Below, piece by piece: positions 1-12,692 of a stretch of 64,000 bases of DNA. The notes beneath the pieces were generated by a model, which saw only the letters and a program-made list of their open reading frames with translations, had not been told where the DNA came from and ran no database searches. Origin of the DNA: Octopus bimaculoides (Eukaryota). The stretch is from NCBI RefSeq assembly GCF_001194135.2, contig NC_068992.1:7520092-7584091 (forward strand). Direction: 5' to 3'. The position numbers were made by a program, and so were the translations under genes. Position 1 is the stretch's first letter; each line of letters starts with the position of its first letter.

Positions 1-1021
1 CACCAGATCTACCTTTCAGCGTACCGACGTTGAGAGTGCCAATCCTAACAGTATGGGTGTTGGGGGTGTGGGCCTGTAGCCTGGGAAGGGGAAAAGCAGT
101 GTCGTGTACCTGAAAAGAAAACTTGCAATTGGAAGAATTCATAAGCAAAACAGTACCTACAACCTGCAAACATTTCTCAACCGCCAGCGAGTAGATAGGG
201 CTCTTAATTGTAGATTTTAAATATTTGAGAGACAACAATGCATAAATCGTAATTTTTTAAAAGAGCAATGAATTCTGGGTGATTAGAATATAACGTAGCA
301 TGAATTTAGGAAGCTTAGAAAATGAATAAGCATGAATTTAAGACAACAACTGAATTCAATTGAATTGAATAAAATTCAAATGTATAAAAAGAGATACATT
401 GTGGGTGTAACTTGGTGAAAAACATGACAAAGGACTTCCACAAGTGGTGAGATGTGAGTTTGGAGAAGACTTTTTCAACCCCTGCAAACATGGAAAAACA
501 GATTGGAAATTATGAAGATATATTTCTTAACCATCATATACCAATAATGCACAAGAGAAATAGTTAACAGATGATGTACAAGTAAAAACATCAATGTTCT
601 GAAATCTTTTAGTTCCAAAGCCTTTCCCAATAACTTTTTTTTCAAACCAGGAGCAGTTGCCTCAAAATTTAAGAAGTATTAAATTTACTTAAATAGTTAA
701 ATGTAGAACAGGCACCTGTACATTAGTATAAATTATACAAGTTTATTAATACTGTACTATGAAAAAAAAAACTGGTATGTACGAGGTACCAGTAAACTAA
801 TCTGCTGGCTGCCAGAATTTGAAGTTCCTGCTCCTAGATTAGTACAAATTGGGAGAGGTTCTTGACCAGTATCCAGAAAGTCAATGTTTTATCTTTAATA
901 TCATTTATGAAATGATATTATAATGATGAAAATTAATGTTTTCACGGTTGGTGGGACTTTTTAAATTTGTTGGTTTCTTGTTTCATACATCTTCACTGTT
1001 TCTCCTTTCTCTCCTCATTAG

Positions 1022-1140
1022 GTCATTCTCTCACTCAATTTGTGTTGCATTGTGCGGAGAATTACTTGTGCAGCCGATCCAAGAAAATCCGATCTGAAGC
1101 AATACGTACATGTGCAAGACTTTTGATTCCATTGTTAACT
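1022..1140 (+). CDS. mTOR: mTOR exon w1 (HEAT): GHSLTQFVLHCAENYLCSRSKKIRSEAIRTCARLLIPLLT
   Basis: cattag acceptor, gtgagt donor; matches human GHSLTQFVRHCADHFL. Confidence 0.95.
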
Positions 1141-1583
1141 GTGAGTAAATTTCTTCTCTCTCATTTCCATTTTTTCCCATGCTAAGATGAATAATGATTT
1201 TTATTACTTAATAGTTTTAAACAGGATGAACCTCCATGTTACTGAAGTGTGTACAGCAGGGGATTATAGGAATAAATGCCTGTTCCACAAGCCGGATCTT
1301 TTCCTTTTCAATGGCAGATCGAGAAATCAATTTTCTGTAACTAAGCACTTTCAAACTTCATATACTAGTAGAATGTGTCATATAAAACATCTTTTACTCT
1401 TAGTGTTGTTGAGAAAAGTTTCTATTTACGAAGTTATTTCGTGTTAAAGTTGTTGTATTTTGGTAATTTCAACCAATCAATGATGTGTATTCAACTGAAT
1501 AAAATTACTGCCATTGTTTGTCAACAACAACTATCAGCACTGTATATTTCATTTGTCACTGTTATTTATGACGTCTTTTAGCT

Positions 1584-1626
1584 TTAGGGTTAGAGGGTTA
1601 GGGTTGGGGTTTTAGGGTTAGAGTTA
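1584..1626 (+). repeat. Degenerate (TTAGGG)n telomere-like tract in mTOR intron w1
   Basis: ttagggttagagggttagggttggggttttagggttagagtta. Confidence 0.75.
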
Positions 1627-1827
1627 CGGAAAAAAGTGAAAAATGACGAAATTGGGGTGGGGGGCAAAAACGTCTTTCCGAAAATAGTAGCTGAAAAGCA
1701 GGAAAAGCAGGTCACTGTAATCAGCTAGCTCCCTCCCTCCCTCAAAATTTCAGGCCTTGTGTCTAGAGTAGAAAGAATTGTATTACTATTTTGTTTTAGC
1801 TTCTTTTATTTATTTATATTTTATTAG

Positions 1828-1921
1828 GCTCTTGAAGGTCAACAGAAGCATAGTATGAAGACAATGAACACAGTGGCTGATGTTTTGAAAAAATTACTGA
1901 TAGTTGGTATCACAGATCCAG
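1828..1921 (+). CDS. mTOR: mTOR exon w2: ALEGQQKHSMKTMNTVADVLKKLLIVGITDP
   Basis: AG/GT; VADVL.KLL.VGITDP motif. Confidence 0.95.
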
Positions 1922-2334
1922 GTAAACATCCTTTGCTTTGTTTACTTTTCTATTTAATATTTTCATTTTATAATGAAGCAAATGTGAAATGATGTTGAAC
2001 AAAGAACCCAGCAATTATATGTCTTTAGTTTTCCGTGACAGACATATTTTAGTACCTTTTTTTAACTATGGTCTAACTTTATACAGTTCTCTCATTCTTA
2101 TATGTATACAAGCCATTTTTAGTTTAGGAGTACTTGTTTATTAAGACAAAGGTGGTAAGAAGGCAGAATTGTCAGTGCATCAAGTAAAATGCTCGGCAAC
2201 ATTTCTTCCAGTTTTTCATATTCTGACTTCAAATTCCATTAAGGTTAATTTCGTTCTTTCAGAGTCAATAAAATAAGCCCCAGTTGAGCAACTGGGGTTG
2301 ATGTAATCAACTTCCCCATTCCCCACTAAAATTC

Positions 2335-2581
2335 CCTGGACTGGCTTGTGCGGGTGGCACATAAAAGACACCATTTCGAGCGTGGCCGTTTTCGTGCGGG
2401 TGACACGTAAAAGCCCCCACTACACTCTCTGAGTGGTTGGCGTTAGGAAGGGCATCCAGCTGTAGAAACTCTGCCAAATTAGATTGGAGCCTGGTGTTGC
2501 CATCCGGTTTCACCAGTCCTCAGTCAAATCGTCCAACCCATGCTAGCATGGAAAGCGGACGTTAAACGATGAACGATGATG
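2335..2581 (+). mobile_element. Young RTE 3'-tail copy ((GAT)n-ended); others at 12291-12500(-), 28285-28565(+), 32788-32997(-), with older copies at about 8700-8835, 14790-14900, 17330-17500, 25930-26025, 27967-28265, 29040-29140, 58650-58755, 59200-59410
   Basis: Shared tggttggcgttaggaagggcatccagctgtagaaactctgccaaat...catgctagcatggaaagcggacgttaaacgatgatg. Confidence 0.8.
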
Positions 2582-2853
2582 TATGAAAATTTGAAGCCAT
2601 TATTATTAGAGCAGTGATTTGGCAGAGTAGTGTTAGTGTTGCAGCCTACCTGATGTTAAGCCATATCACATGTGATCCATTTCAAGCCTATTTTAAACTC
2701 TTGGCTTTGCTGAGGAGCTCTTTTTGTTTATTTCTATAGGGACACAAAGGCAGTCATTTCAGGTTTTTATTTCTATTGTTATTATTTTATTAATAATGAT
2801 GTTTAAAATATATTGAATACTTTTGTGATTTTGTATTCTGTTCCATTTTTCAG

Positions 2854-3059
2854 AGCCAGAGATCCGCTATTGTGTTCTTTCTGTGCTAGATGAGCGTTTT
2901 GACCCACATCTTGCTCAAGCCGAAAACCTGAACGCTCTTTTTGTTGTTCTCAATGATGAAGTCTTTGAGATACGGGAGCTTGCTATTTGCATAATTGGTC
3001 GTCTTAGCAACAGAAATCCTGCATATATTATGCCGACATTAAGAAAAACATTAATCCAG
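2854..3059 (+). CDS. mTOR: mTOR exon w3: [26 protein letters not shown]...RKTLIQ
   Basis: AG/GT; [13 protein letters not shown] motif. Confidence 0.96.
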
Positions 3060-3500
3060 GTGAAAAAAAATACTCTTTTATCAATTGTACAGTATATGTA
3101 TTTTGTTATCATATTGCTTGTTGTTGCTGGTGTTGTGTCTCTCCAGACCAGTCCTGATTGACTGACCTCTCACACCAGGTCATTGGCCAAACAACTCATT
3201 GTGAGCCCAGCTGTGGGCCATACTTCTCTGATATGCAACAGATTCTTGTGTCAAATACTGTATGACAGACAGTACTCGCTCTACTTCTCTACTATCCAAC
3301 CTATTTTTGCATGCCAATTATTGTGGAACTCCAGGTCAACTCTGATCATGCAGGTCTATAATCAAAGATTTTCCAACCATAACCAAGCTTCAGTCATGAA
3401 TGAAGTTTAATTTAATGTAAATTAATACTTTATTCAAGTGAAACAGTATGTTGCATTAGCTTGTACTGTTGCACTTGAATAAAATATTAATTTACATTAA

Positions 3501-3777
3501 CCCATTACCTCCCATAATTCTATTTACTGGATTTTTTTTATGAAACTTTGATTTCTAGCATAAAACAGCCTTAGAAACACGCTGGAATGATCAAAATAAC
3601 ATTTTAAATAGAAATAAGCGAGATATTGGGTGAAAAATTAGCAAACCTCATTTGAATATCAGAGAAATATACCTAGTAGATATAGCAAAAAGGTTAGATA
3701 TGTGTAAATATTGACAGATAATTACGAAATTTGTAATTTTTAAGTGATCTCATATGAGATCTCTGGTAGGTAATGGG
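3501..3777. mobile_element. piggyBac-type non-autonomous element (MITE)
   Basis: TTAA|CCCATTACCTCCC ... GGTAGGTAATGGG|TTAA: 13-bp TIR (12/13 match) and TTAA duplication at 3497-3500 and 3778-3781. Confidence 0.85.
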
Positions 3778-4135
3778 TTAAATTAAACTTCATTCATGTC
3801 TGAAGCTTTAGATTTTGATGTTATTGTTAAATAGAATCAGTAACTGCATAAACCATACCTAACTATCCTTTCAGTGTACCAATGCTTATAAAGGCTATGT
3901 TCACTATCCATCTTACTCAAGTTAACTAATACAATGAAAAAAACGTTTTCCTTCTAGATATAAAGGTCTTTGTTGCAAACATTCATATTCTTTTTTCATC
4001 AAGTCTTATTAATTTATCCAATTTTACAGATTCACTTTTAAAATTAAAAAAATGCCTTTTTTTTATCTCTTAAATGTTATCAAGATTTGCATACTTTTGG
4101 TCATCTTTGTGAAGTATTTGAATTTGTCTTTATAG

Positions 4136-4258
4136 ATTTTGACTGAACTCGAACACAGTGGAGTGGGTCGTAGCAAGGAACAGGCTGCCCGTGTGCTTGG
4201 TCATCTCGCCTCCAATGCTTCTCGCTTAATCAGACCGTATGCAGAACCCATTCTCAAG
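4136..4258 (+). CDS. mTOR: mTOR exon w4: [41 protein letters not shown]
   Basis: AG/GT; homology. Confidence 0.96.
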
Positions 4259-5663
4259 GTTTTACAAATTATCTTTTTTTCTTTTTAAGACAATAGATTT
4301 GATGACATCATTAAAAAGCAAAATCATTTCCCTTACCATTTATATATCTTTAACTGTTTTGATCCCAACCTGCCTAGGATCACCCCCAGGTTCTGTTCTA
4401 CAAGCTTCCTATTTTAAAGTGATCTTAATTAAAAGCTCCCATCAAAGTTTCCTGTTAATTTATGTTCTGAACACTAGTTTAAAAAGTTGTTTTACTAAGT
4501 CCCTGATTCTTTTCAAAACTAAATAAGACAAAGGCAGTGTATTTCAATAGAAATATGGTTAAAAAAAAAAAGGGTCATTTTACTTATTGAGCAGATATTA
4601 TCAGGTGCTCTCAACCAGTAAATGTATCTTAATACCAATACCCTGCTATTATTATATCCTATCACCTCTTCATAGGAAGTTGTAGGAAGGGCTTGCAATT
4701 GTAAGAACAACAAAACCATTCATGAAAAGTTGGAAAACTTAATGTAACATTAAAAAAAAAAAAATGAAAGCATTTGACTTAAATATCGTACATTGATACT
4801 TCTTTGTACTGAATTCAAGTTCCACTGGTGGTTATGGAATTGATAAAATAATGACCAGGAATTGTGGTTAACTTTCACCATTTCCCACTTTTATAATAAA
4901 TGGCTTGTGTCTGGTGGAAAGTTATCCTGTCAGTAAGTTATTTTCATAATTTAAATTCCCATGTAACCATGGTAAATGTCCATTGAAGCCAAAGTTTAAT
5001 CCTTTGACTACAAAATTAAATTTCATGATTATTGCAATAATGATGTTAAATATCTACCAAAAACTAGAATTAGTATTTTTTGCAAATCATGCTGATTCAG
5101 AAATTTTGACATACTTTGAAAGAAAAATAAAAATTTCATAAATGAAATTTTCAGTAAAACAATTATTAATGTAATTCATCATTGTTTTAATATCCACTTG
5201 GGTCAGATAAAATTTATTGGGACAGATTGTTTATGGCCTGTTGCCCTTCCAGTTGCCAATCCTCATCTAGTCGATATTTTCCCCATGGCCTGACATGTTT
5301 CCATAGAAGATTAGAAACATCACCTGCGTGATGGTTGATGTCCATTTATAACTAGCATGTGATATCAACCCTTGGAAAGACACACATATCTATGAGAGGC
5401 TTCTTTCAGTTTCCATCTAGCAAATCTACTCCCACTTGGGGCTTTAATAGAAGATGCTTGCTGGAAGTGCCACACAGTGGGATTGATCTCAAAACTGTGT
5501 GGTTGGAAAGTAAGCTTCTTCACCACTCGACCATCTCTGTGTAATTATAAACATTTACTTGGGATTACATTGCAATGAAGTCATCACCGTTTATATTGCT
5601 TGTCACATATTTTCTAGATTGAATTCACTCCACTTTTCTAATTTTTTTTCTCCAAATCTGAAG

Positions 5664-5747
5664 GTATTGATTCCCAAGTTAAAAGAACCAGATCCACATC
5701 CTGGTGTCACAATCAGTGTATTAGCAGCCATTGGAGAACAAGCTGAG
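5664..5747 (+). CDS. mTOR: mTOR exon w5: VLIPKLKEPDPHPGVTISVLAAIGEQAE
   Basis: AAG acceptor, gtaag donor; homology. Confidence 0.93.
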
Positions 5748-6501
5748 GTAAGACATTTTTTCAAAAGAAACACTGTTTTCTTTGGGAATTGACAGTCAGT
5801 AGAGCATCAGACAAATTACCTTCGTCATATTACTTCTGGCTGAAAGTTGGTAGAATCGTTAGCATTGCTGGACAAAAGTGTTAAGTGGCATTTTTGTCTG
5901 TCTTCATGTGCTCTGTTGAAATTCTGCTGAGGTTGGCTTTGCCTTTCATCCTGAGATCTTTCAAAACTGATTATTTGCTTTTCTCTCTCCCTAAAGTATT
6001 GTTCTGGAGGGTTTATAAACCCTAACTGCCTTTGTTGATGTTTAGTCTCATGTCAGCTCTAATCTTGTCAGCAAAGACAATTTCACTGTGAATATGATAT
6101 CATTTATTCAGACAGTATATCTCTGTCTATATTATACAATGTTCCTTATCTTTTTAAAAATAGAAATGACAGCTAAATCTCCCTTAAATCACATTACTAA
6201 CAGGTTGAACAGCCACATTGAAGCTCCTTCACTGGTTCTTCCCTAATTAAAAATCAAATCAGCCTTTTGTCTCTTCAAATATAATAGACTAAATATTATT
6301 ACTTCTACTGAAGATCAAGATCTGGAAACAGTGTTTGCCTCTCTGCTTTAAGATAGTAATAAATAAAGATCCTTTAAATAACAGATTTCTTGTTACATAT
6401 TTACTATAATTCTTATTACCAGGTTGTTAAATATTGAAAAAGAATATTATTCTGTAATGTTTCTGATCAAATTTATTTTTGTTTTTTGATATTCTTTTTA
6501 G

Positions 6502-6594
6502 GTCAGTGGTTTGGAGATGAGGAAGTGGGTTGATGAATTATTGCCTATTATTCTGAACACCTTACAGGATCTTACATCTGTTGAGAAGAGAGAA
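6502..6594 (+). CDS. mTOR: mTOR exon w6: VSGLEMRKWVDELLPIILNTLQDLTSVEKRE
   Basis: AG/GT; VSGLEMRKWVDEL identical to human. Confidence 0.96.
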
Positions 6595-6699
6595 GTAAAT
6601 ATATAATTTTTTCCATAAGAAATTTCTGTTGTAAATGTGTGTGTGTACTGTTAATTCTCTAGTCACGTTTATTTAATTTGATATTCTGTTATCAGTTTT

Positions 6700-7113
6700 G
6701 AAGCAGACTTGGAGTAGAGCGGCCATGTCCTCGATCAGGTTGCAAATGGCAATGGAAGGACTCTCAAGAAAGTTTTCCCTCTGTTAACGGGTGAACAAAT
6801 CACTGAGACAAGTTTAAAATATCTCAGGGCTGTGTTGATGCATGATGGAAAGCAAGAAGCTGAACTGGATGCTAGAATTGTAGGTGTCCTGGCACAGTAA
6901 AGCACTCACTCCTCTTTTACTTGTTTCAGTCATTTGACTGCGGCCATGCTGGAGCACCACCTTTAGTCGAGCAAATCGACCCCCAGGACTTATTCTTTGG
7001 AAGCCTAGTACTTATTCTATCGGTCTCTTTTGCCGAACCACTAAGTTACGGGGACGTAAACACACCAGCATCGGTTGTCAAGCAATGCTGGGGGGACAAA
7101 CACAGACACACAA

Positions 7114-7153
<40 letters not shown>

Positions 7154-7810
7154 GACGGGCTTCTTTCAGTTTCCATCTACCAAATCCACTCACAAGGCTT
7201 TGGTCGGCCCGAGGCTATAGTAGAAGACACTTGCCCAAGGTGCCACACAGTGGGACTGAACCCGGAACCATTTGGTTCATAAGCAAGCTACTTACCACAC
7301 AGCGACTCCTATGCCTCCATTAGATCCAGAGAAGAGGTCAGTAAAGAAACCAAACTCACTTTCTTCACTTTGGTTTACGTGTCTATCCTCACTTATGGTC
7401 ATGAAGGTTGGGTTAAGCAGCTGAGATGGGGTTCCTCCAAAGGCTCTCTGGAGTAACCCTATGTAACAGGGTGCACAGCACGAAGATCAGAGTATTTTTC
7501 CTGGTTGAGCATTTAGATCTCTGTATTGTGAACTCACTGCTGTAGTAATTTGTATGGACATGTGATCAAAATGTTGCAGGAAAGAATCTCAAGACACATT
7601 CTTCAAACTGAGTCAACCAGCAGGTGGCGTAGGGGCAGACCAAGAACAAAATAGTTGAATAATACCCATACTTTCAGATGGTCATGTTTGAGAATCCAAC
7701 CTGAAAGTCGAATGATAGTTGCTTCTGATAAAACCTTATGGAAGAAGTGCCTGAGGATCTCTCGGCCCTCCCAGGGATGGTAGGCAGAGAAGATGAATGG
7801 ACGGAAACTA
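6700..7810 (+). mobile_element. Decayed second RTE-type LINE fragment, split by the SINE at 6912-7316; related fragment at 57790-58322
   Basis: LKYLRAVLMHDGKQEAELDARIVG ... VYVSILTYGHEGWV; the 57790 copy reads KLKYHEAILMNDGKLVAEVGARIAGA with a (GATG)n tail. Confidence 0.7.
6912..7316 (-). mobile_element. Full-length, well-preserved tRNA-headed SINE (family A) with internal (TG)n and a CORE-like GCACCTTGGGCAAG motif
   Basis: Box A/B-like head (tggtaag...ggttcagtccc), CpGs retained, many decayed paralogues in the window; resembles octopus OR/OK-type SINEs (assignment inferred). Confidence 0.8.
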
Positions 7811-7916
7811 TTGTTTATGCACTTTTTGAAAAGTGGATTAAATTAGGAGGTAAATGAATTGTGTTGCTAATTAGCAGTTTATTTTAAAAATTAACTTGAA
7901 ATATTTTCTATTTCAG

Positions 7917-8051
7917 GTTTCTCTTTGGACTTTAGGCCAATTGATTGAGAGCACTGGCTATGTTGTAGAACCTTACCAAAAATATCCTGCTCTATTGGGA
8001 ATTCTTCTTAATTTCATGAAAACAGAGCAGACACATAGTGTCAGACGAGAG
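7917..8051 (+). CDS. mTOR: mTOR exon w7: VSLWTLGQLIESTGYVVEPYQKYP...SVRRE
   Basis: AG/GT; LWTLGQL..STGYVVEPY motif. Confidence 0.96.
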
Positions 8052-9012
8052 GTTAGTATGATTGTGTATGTCATATTTTCTGGCATACAAGTGGGCATAG
8101 TATATAATGTAAATTTGTGTAAATATTCAAATATCATCACTTTCCAAATCCTGCTGCATTTTACATGGAGCTTTTGGTCCTCCGAAGTTGCTTTGGTGTG
8201 TAAGTTGACCTGTCTGTTTTTGGCTGTAAAAATTTAAGTCTGAAATATTTGGTGTGCTGGAAAAAGCAGTATGTGAAAGGTACATAGTAGATGCAAGCTT
8301 AGAGACCATTTAATGAAGATTATAGTAAAAATACAAGTACAGGTTAAGGACATTGTTTGAAGGAGAGTGAATTCAGTTGGAACGTTTGCTTTTCTGGCAT
8401 TGATATTTTGTAACCTAATGTGAAATCACTACTACACATGGAATCTCTGTATGCTTTTTCTTATTAATTAAACTGGTGAGGAGGTTCTGTTGATAAACTC
8501 CTTAGACCTGCTTTGATTGGAGGATGAAGATGAAAGTACGAGGTTTTGTGTTCAGTTTGAATTGTTGCTGGTTATTATTGGCAGAGGATGAATCAGAGAT
8601 GTGGTTATGATAGACAGGATTGAGTAAGGGATTGGTCTTAAGGTGTATCAAATGACAGAACCATAGACAACAACTAGGCTGTGGGGTCAGTGATTGATCT
8701 ATGCTGGCACATTGTAATATGGATGGCATTAGGAAGGGCATCCAGCTGTAGAAACCATGCCAAAGATGACACTGGAACTCAGTTGGACTGTCCGACCCAT
8801 GCCAGCAAGCGGATATTAAATGATGGTGATGATGGGGACATTTGTGGAATGCCGTTCAGTAATTCAGGGTCAGTGAGTATTGAGCTAGAAAAGGCTAACA
8901 TCTGCAAGTCTATGTTAATAATTGTAACTATCAGCTCCTATATTGAATATTCTTTGATATTTGAGCTGAAAATTAGAGATATTGCTAATTGGGTTCTTTT
9001 TGTTATTTTCAG

Positions 9013-9175
9013 GTTGTACGTGTGCTGGGTATCCTGGGAGCATTGGATCCCCATAAAAACAAATTAAATGTGAGTCGAATGAAAGAAGAATCTGGATTGA
9101 CTCTGAGTGGCGCCTCAATTGACTCGTTTGTGATTAACAAGTCTTCTAGTGATTCACAAACATCAATTCCTCTGG
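9013..9175 (+). CDS. mTOR: mTOR exon w8: VVRVLGILGALDPHKNK...TSIPL
   Basis: AG/GT; RVLG.LGALDP motif. Confidence 0.94.
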
Positions 9176-9483
9176 GTGAGAATCTATAATATTTTATTTA
9201 GTCGATGATGTCCTCTACTTGTAATGAATCTATGAATTTTTTTACTGGGTGAGGGTATCTGACTTTGAAAGACCCATAACACCTAACGATCCCAGAAAAA
9301 ATTACTGATGATGAATCCAGGTGCATGACGGGATGATGTAGGGGGAAAACTGACTCCATCTTCCCTCTCATAATTACCCTTCATTGTCATTACCAGCATC
9401 ACTGTTATGACCATCATCACATTTGTGCTTGCAAAGCATTATATCCATGTATTAATAATTCTAATTTGGTTTGTTTGTTGTAG

Positions 9484-9737
9484 CTGACTACAGTACCAAT
9501 GAACTTCTAGTAATGATGGGTGCTCCAACCTCCTTAGAAGACTTCTACCCTGCTGTTGTTGTGTCGGCACTGATGAGGATAATGCGTAAGGCTTGCTTTA
9601 GCTCGGACCACTCTTTACTCATCCAGTCTATTTCATTCATATTTAAAAGTCTTGGGTCTAGAAATGTACCCTACTTTGACCAGATTGTTAATGCATATGT
9701 GACAGTCACCCGCAAAGCTGAAGTTAATGTGAAAGAG
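9484..9737 (+). CDS. mTOR: mTOR exon w9: ADYSTNELLVMMG...FIFKSLG...VNVKE
   Basis: AG/GT; DFYPAV and FIFKSLG motifs. Confidence 0.95.
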
Positions 9738-10692
9738 GTTTGTAATTCTGTTCTGTATCTCTGTTTTATTCATTTAATATACATTTCCACTAGTTTTACT
9801 CACTTTTTCCCCATATTAATGCAATTGGGATGGTTTTTGTTAATTTCAATATTTGTGTATTGCTTGACTGTTGACTTCTTTTTTTTTTATTGCTGACCTC
9901 TTTGACTTAGAGTGGAACCTGTTATCAGTTAGCTAGACTGAGGAGTGTCAGTAAGAAAGACTGGGGCATGGTCAACAAGTGAGACGGAGGGGGTGGGGCC
10001 AACAAGCAAGAGTGAGGCAAGATGTTGATCAAAATTAAAATCGCATCAACACGGAGACCACCGATACCAACCTAAGATACAATTTATAGAATATGTATAT
10101 GACATGTTTTCTGGAGACAAAACAATAGTTTAAATTACTGACATTGTGGTCTGTGGTACAGCATTGTATCCTTATCCTTCACAGCATTTATACACTCTTC
10201 GATATTTAACTCTTTCATAATCATATTTTGAATGAAATGCATAGAGGTCGACAATGATCTTCACTTCATTCCGGAATTGATGTTAAATATCGACCAAAAA
10301 ATAGAATTGGTATTTCCTGCAACTCACATTGCTTCAATAAACTTGACATATCTCAAAAAAATAGTTTCAAACATTACATTCTTCAACAAAAGATAGATCA
10401 GTATAATATAAAACTGCTTTCTACAATAAAGACAAATGGCTTCTTTTTTTTTTTTTTTGAGTGGCTATGTCTTATTTCCAGAGTAAAAGGATTATTTATA
10501 CTAAGAGTTCACACTCGATTATAGCAGAAAAGGGTTTGTCAGCAAATGTTGACAGTCTTCTACTGTTGAAATAATACTCACGTATCCAAAGTTTCAAAGT
10601 TTTCCATGTTAAAATCTTGCTTTGGTGTTAATTTGTTTCTAATGAAAATTATTCTGTTATCTGATTAATTTCTCCTTTATTTCTCGTTACAG

Positions 10693-10779
10693 TTCATGTT
10701 CCAGCAACTGGGATTTTTAGTCACCTTTGCTAAACAACATGTGCGGAACTTTCTGGGAGATATTTTCCAACTAATTAAG
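10693..10779 (+). CDS. mTOR: mTOR exon w10: FMFQQLGFLVTFAKQHVRNFLGDIFQLIK
   Basis: AG/GT; FQQLG motif. Confidence 0.95.
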
Positions 10780-11434
10780 GTAAGATATTGGAAATAGTCT
10801 CAGCAATTATTATTATTATTAGCATGCCAGATAAATTCCAGTTGAGTACTGGGGTCTATGTAATTGACTTGACCCTTCCCCTCAAAATTATTGGCCTTTT
10901 GCCAAAATTAGAATTATTGTTATTGTTTAGCCCTTGGTCATCTCTGACTGACCAGACCTATGGATATACTTAAGATATTTAAGCCATAACCAATGTGTGA
11001 TTAAATGTCTACCACCACTTGCTCTTAATTCATTAGTTTTAATGTCATTTGTAAGTCTGTGTGGCACCTTGGGTAAATCTCTTCTAATAGCCCCAAGCTG
11101 ACCAGTCTTGTAAGTGAATTTGGTGGACGGAAAATGTGAGCAAGCGCCTTGTTTGTGTATGTGTGTGTTTGCACATGTACACATGTCTGTCTTTGTCTCT
11201 CTCTCTCTCTCTCTTAGCATTGCTTGACAACTGGTTTTGGTTTATGTCTCCATGACTTAGCAGTTTGGCGAAAGAGATCAACAGACAAAATACCAGACTT
11301 TAAAAAATGGGTTGATTTGCTCAGCTAAAACCTTTCAAGGTGATGCCCCAGCATGGCTGCAACCCAATGACTGAAATAAGTAAAATGCATGTATTATATA
11401 ATCCAATGTAATGTTTCTTTGTTTTTCTTTCCAG

Positions 11435-11715
11435 GAAAATTGGACTATGAAAAGCCAAGATCAGAATATATATCTATCGTTGTTAGAACAGTTAGTGCAC
11501 GCTGTTGGCTCTGAAGTAAAACCTCATCTTCCACAAATTGTACCTCAGATCTTACGTATACTAATGTATGATACAAGTAAACAAAGAGAATACACTTTGC
11601 AACTGCTTGAAGTCCTCCAGTTATTTGGTTCCAGTTTGGATGATTGCCTTCATGTACTTTTGCCCTACATCATTAAATTGTTTGACTCTAATGATGTTCC
11701 TCTCAATGTTCGCAA
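11435..11715 (+). CDS. mTOR: mTOR exon w11: ENWTMKSQDQN...LFDSNDVPLNVR(K)
   Basis: AG/GT; QLFG..LDD.LH.LLP motif. Confidence 0.95.
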
Positions 11716-11856
11716 GTAAGTTTGCATTATCTTTTACTCATATCCTAGATTGTTAAGTAAACATTTCACCAAGTTCAGTTGTCTATAATTGAATTAAGTT
11801 TTATATGAAAATGTTTGTGTATCTCCATTGTTTCATTATGTTTTTTTTTCTTTCAG

Positions 11857-12112
11857 AATGGCTTTAGAAACTGTTGATGTCTTTACTGAAGATTTAGACA
11901 TGACAGATTTTGCATCTCGCTTGGTTCATTCTTTTGTCCGTACCATTGATTCAACCCCAGAACTAATACCTACCACTATGGACACTATGTGTTCTATGAT
12001 GCTTCAATTGGGACAAAAATTCCTCCTGTTTGTACCTATGGTTAACAAAACAGTGGTTCGACACAAAATTGTCCATCAACGATTCGAAATTATTCTCACC
12101 AAGATCACCAAA
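11857..12112 (+). CDS. mTOR: mTOR exon w12: MALETVDVFTEDLDMTDFASR...TKITK
   Basis: AG/GT; ALETVD and PMVNK motifs. Confidence 0.95.
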
Positions 12113-12692
12113 GTAAGTTTTTGAATTTGTATGTGACACCAGTACAGTAGAATTCCAGACTTAGCTGCAACCCTCTTTGCTGCTGTACTAATTTACTTGG
12201 GACATCCTTGTTATATAATGGAACCATGTTTTCTACATTTCTATTATATAATGGACCCATCAACTTTTGTGAGAATTATCTTTAGATTTTCATCATCATC
12301 ATCATCATCATCATTTAACGTCCACTTTCCATGCTAGCATGGGTTGGACGATTTGACTGAGGACTGGTGGAATCCGAAGGCTGCACCAGGCTCCAATCTG
12401 ATTTAGCAGAGTTTCTACAGCTGGATGCCCTTCCTAATGCCAACCATTCTGAGAGTGTAGTAGGTGCTTTTACATGTCACCCTCATGAAGGCCAGTCAGG
12501 CGATTTATTGCTTATTGTACAGGCACCGTTTAGCAATATATTCATGTCTAATTGTTGCCTTATTGGTGGGAACACTTGATGTATCATTTGAGGCATGGAA
12601 AGTGCCATGACATTATTTGCATCATTTAATTAAAAAATTATTAAAATTGATTAGTTTTATAAGGTTATATTAAATAATCTGACGACTGCCAT

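Noticed and set aside
1-960. An additional upstream mTOR exon at the window start
   Set aside because: No frame resembling the expected ...LALRTLGSFEFE segment; treated as intron
7255-7316. tRNA genes suggested by box A/B-like motifs
   Set aside because: They are SINE heads continuing into SINE bodies, with no complete cloverleaf
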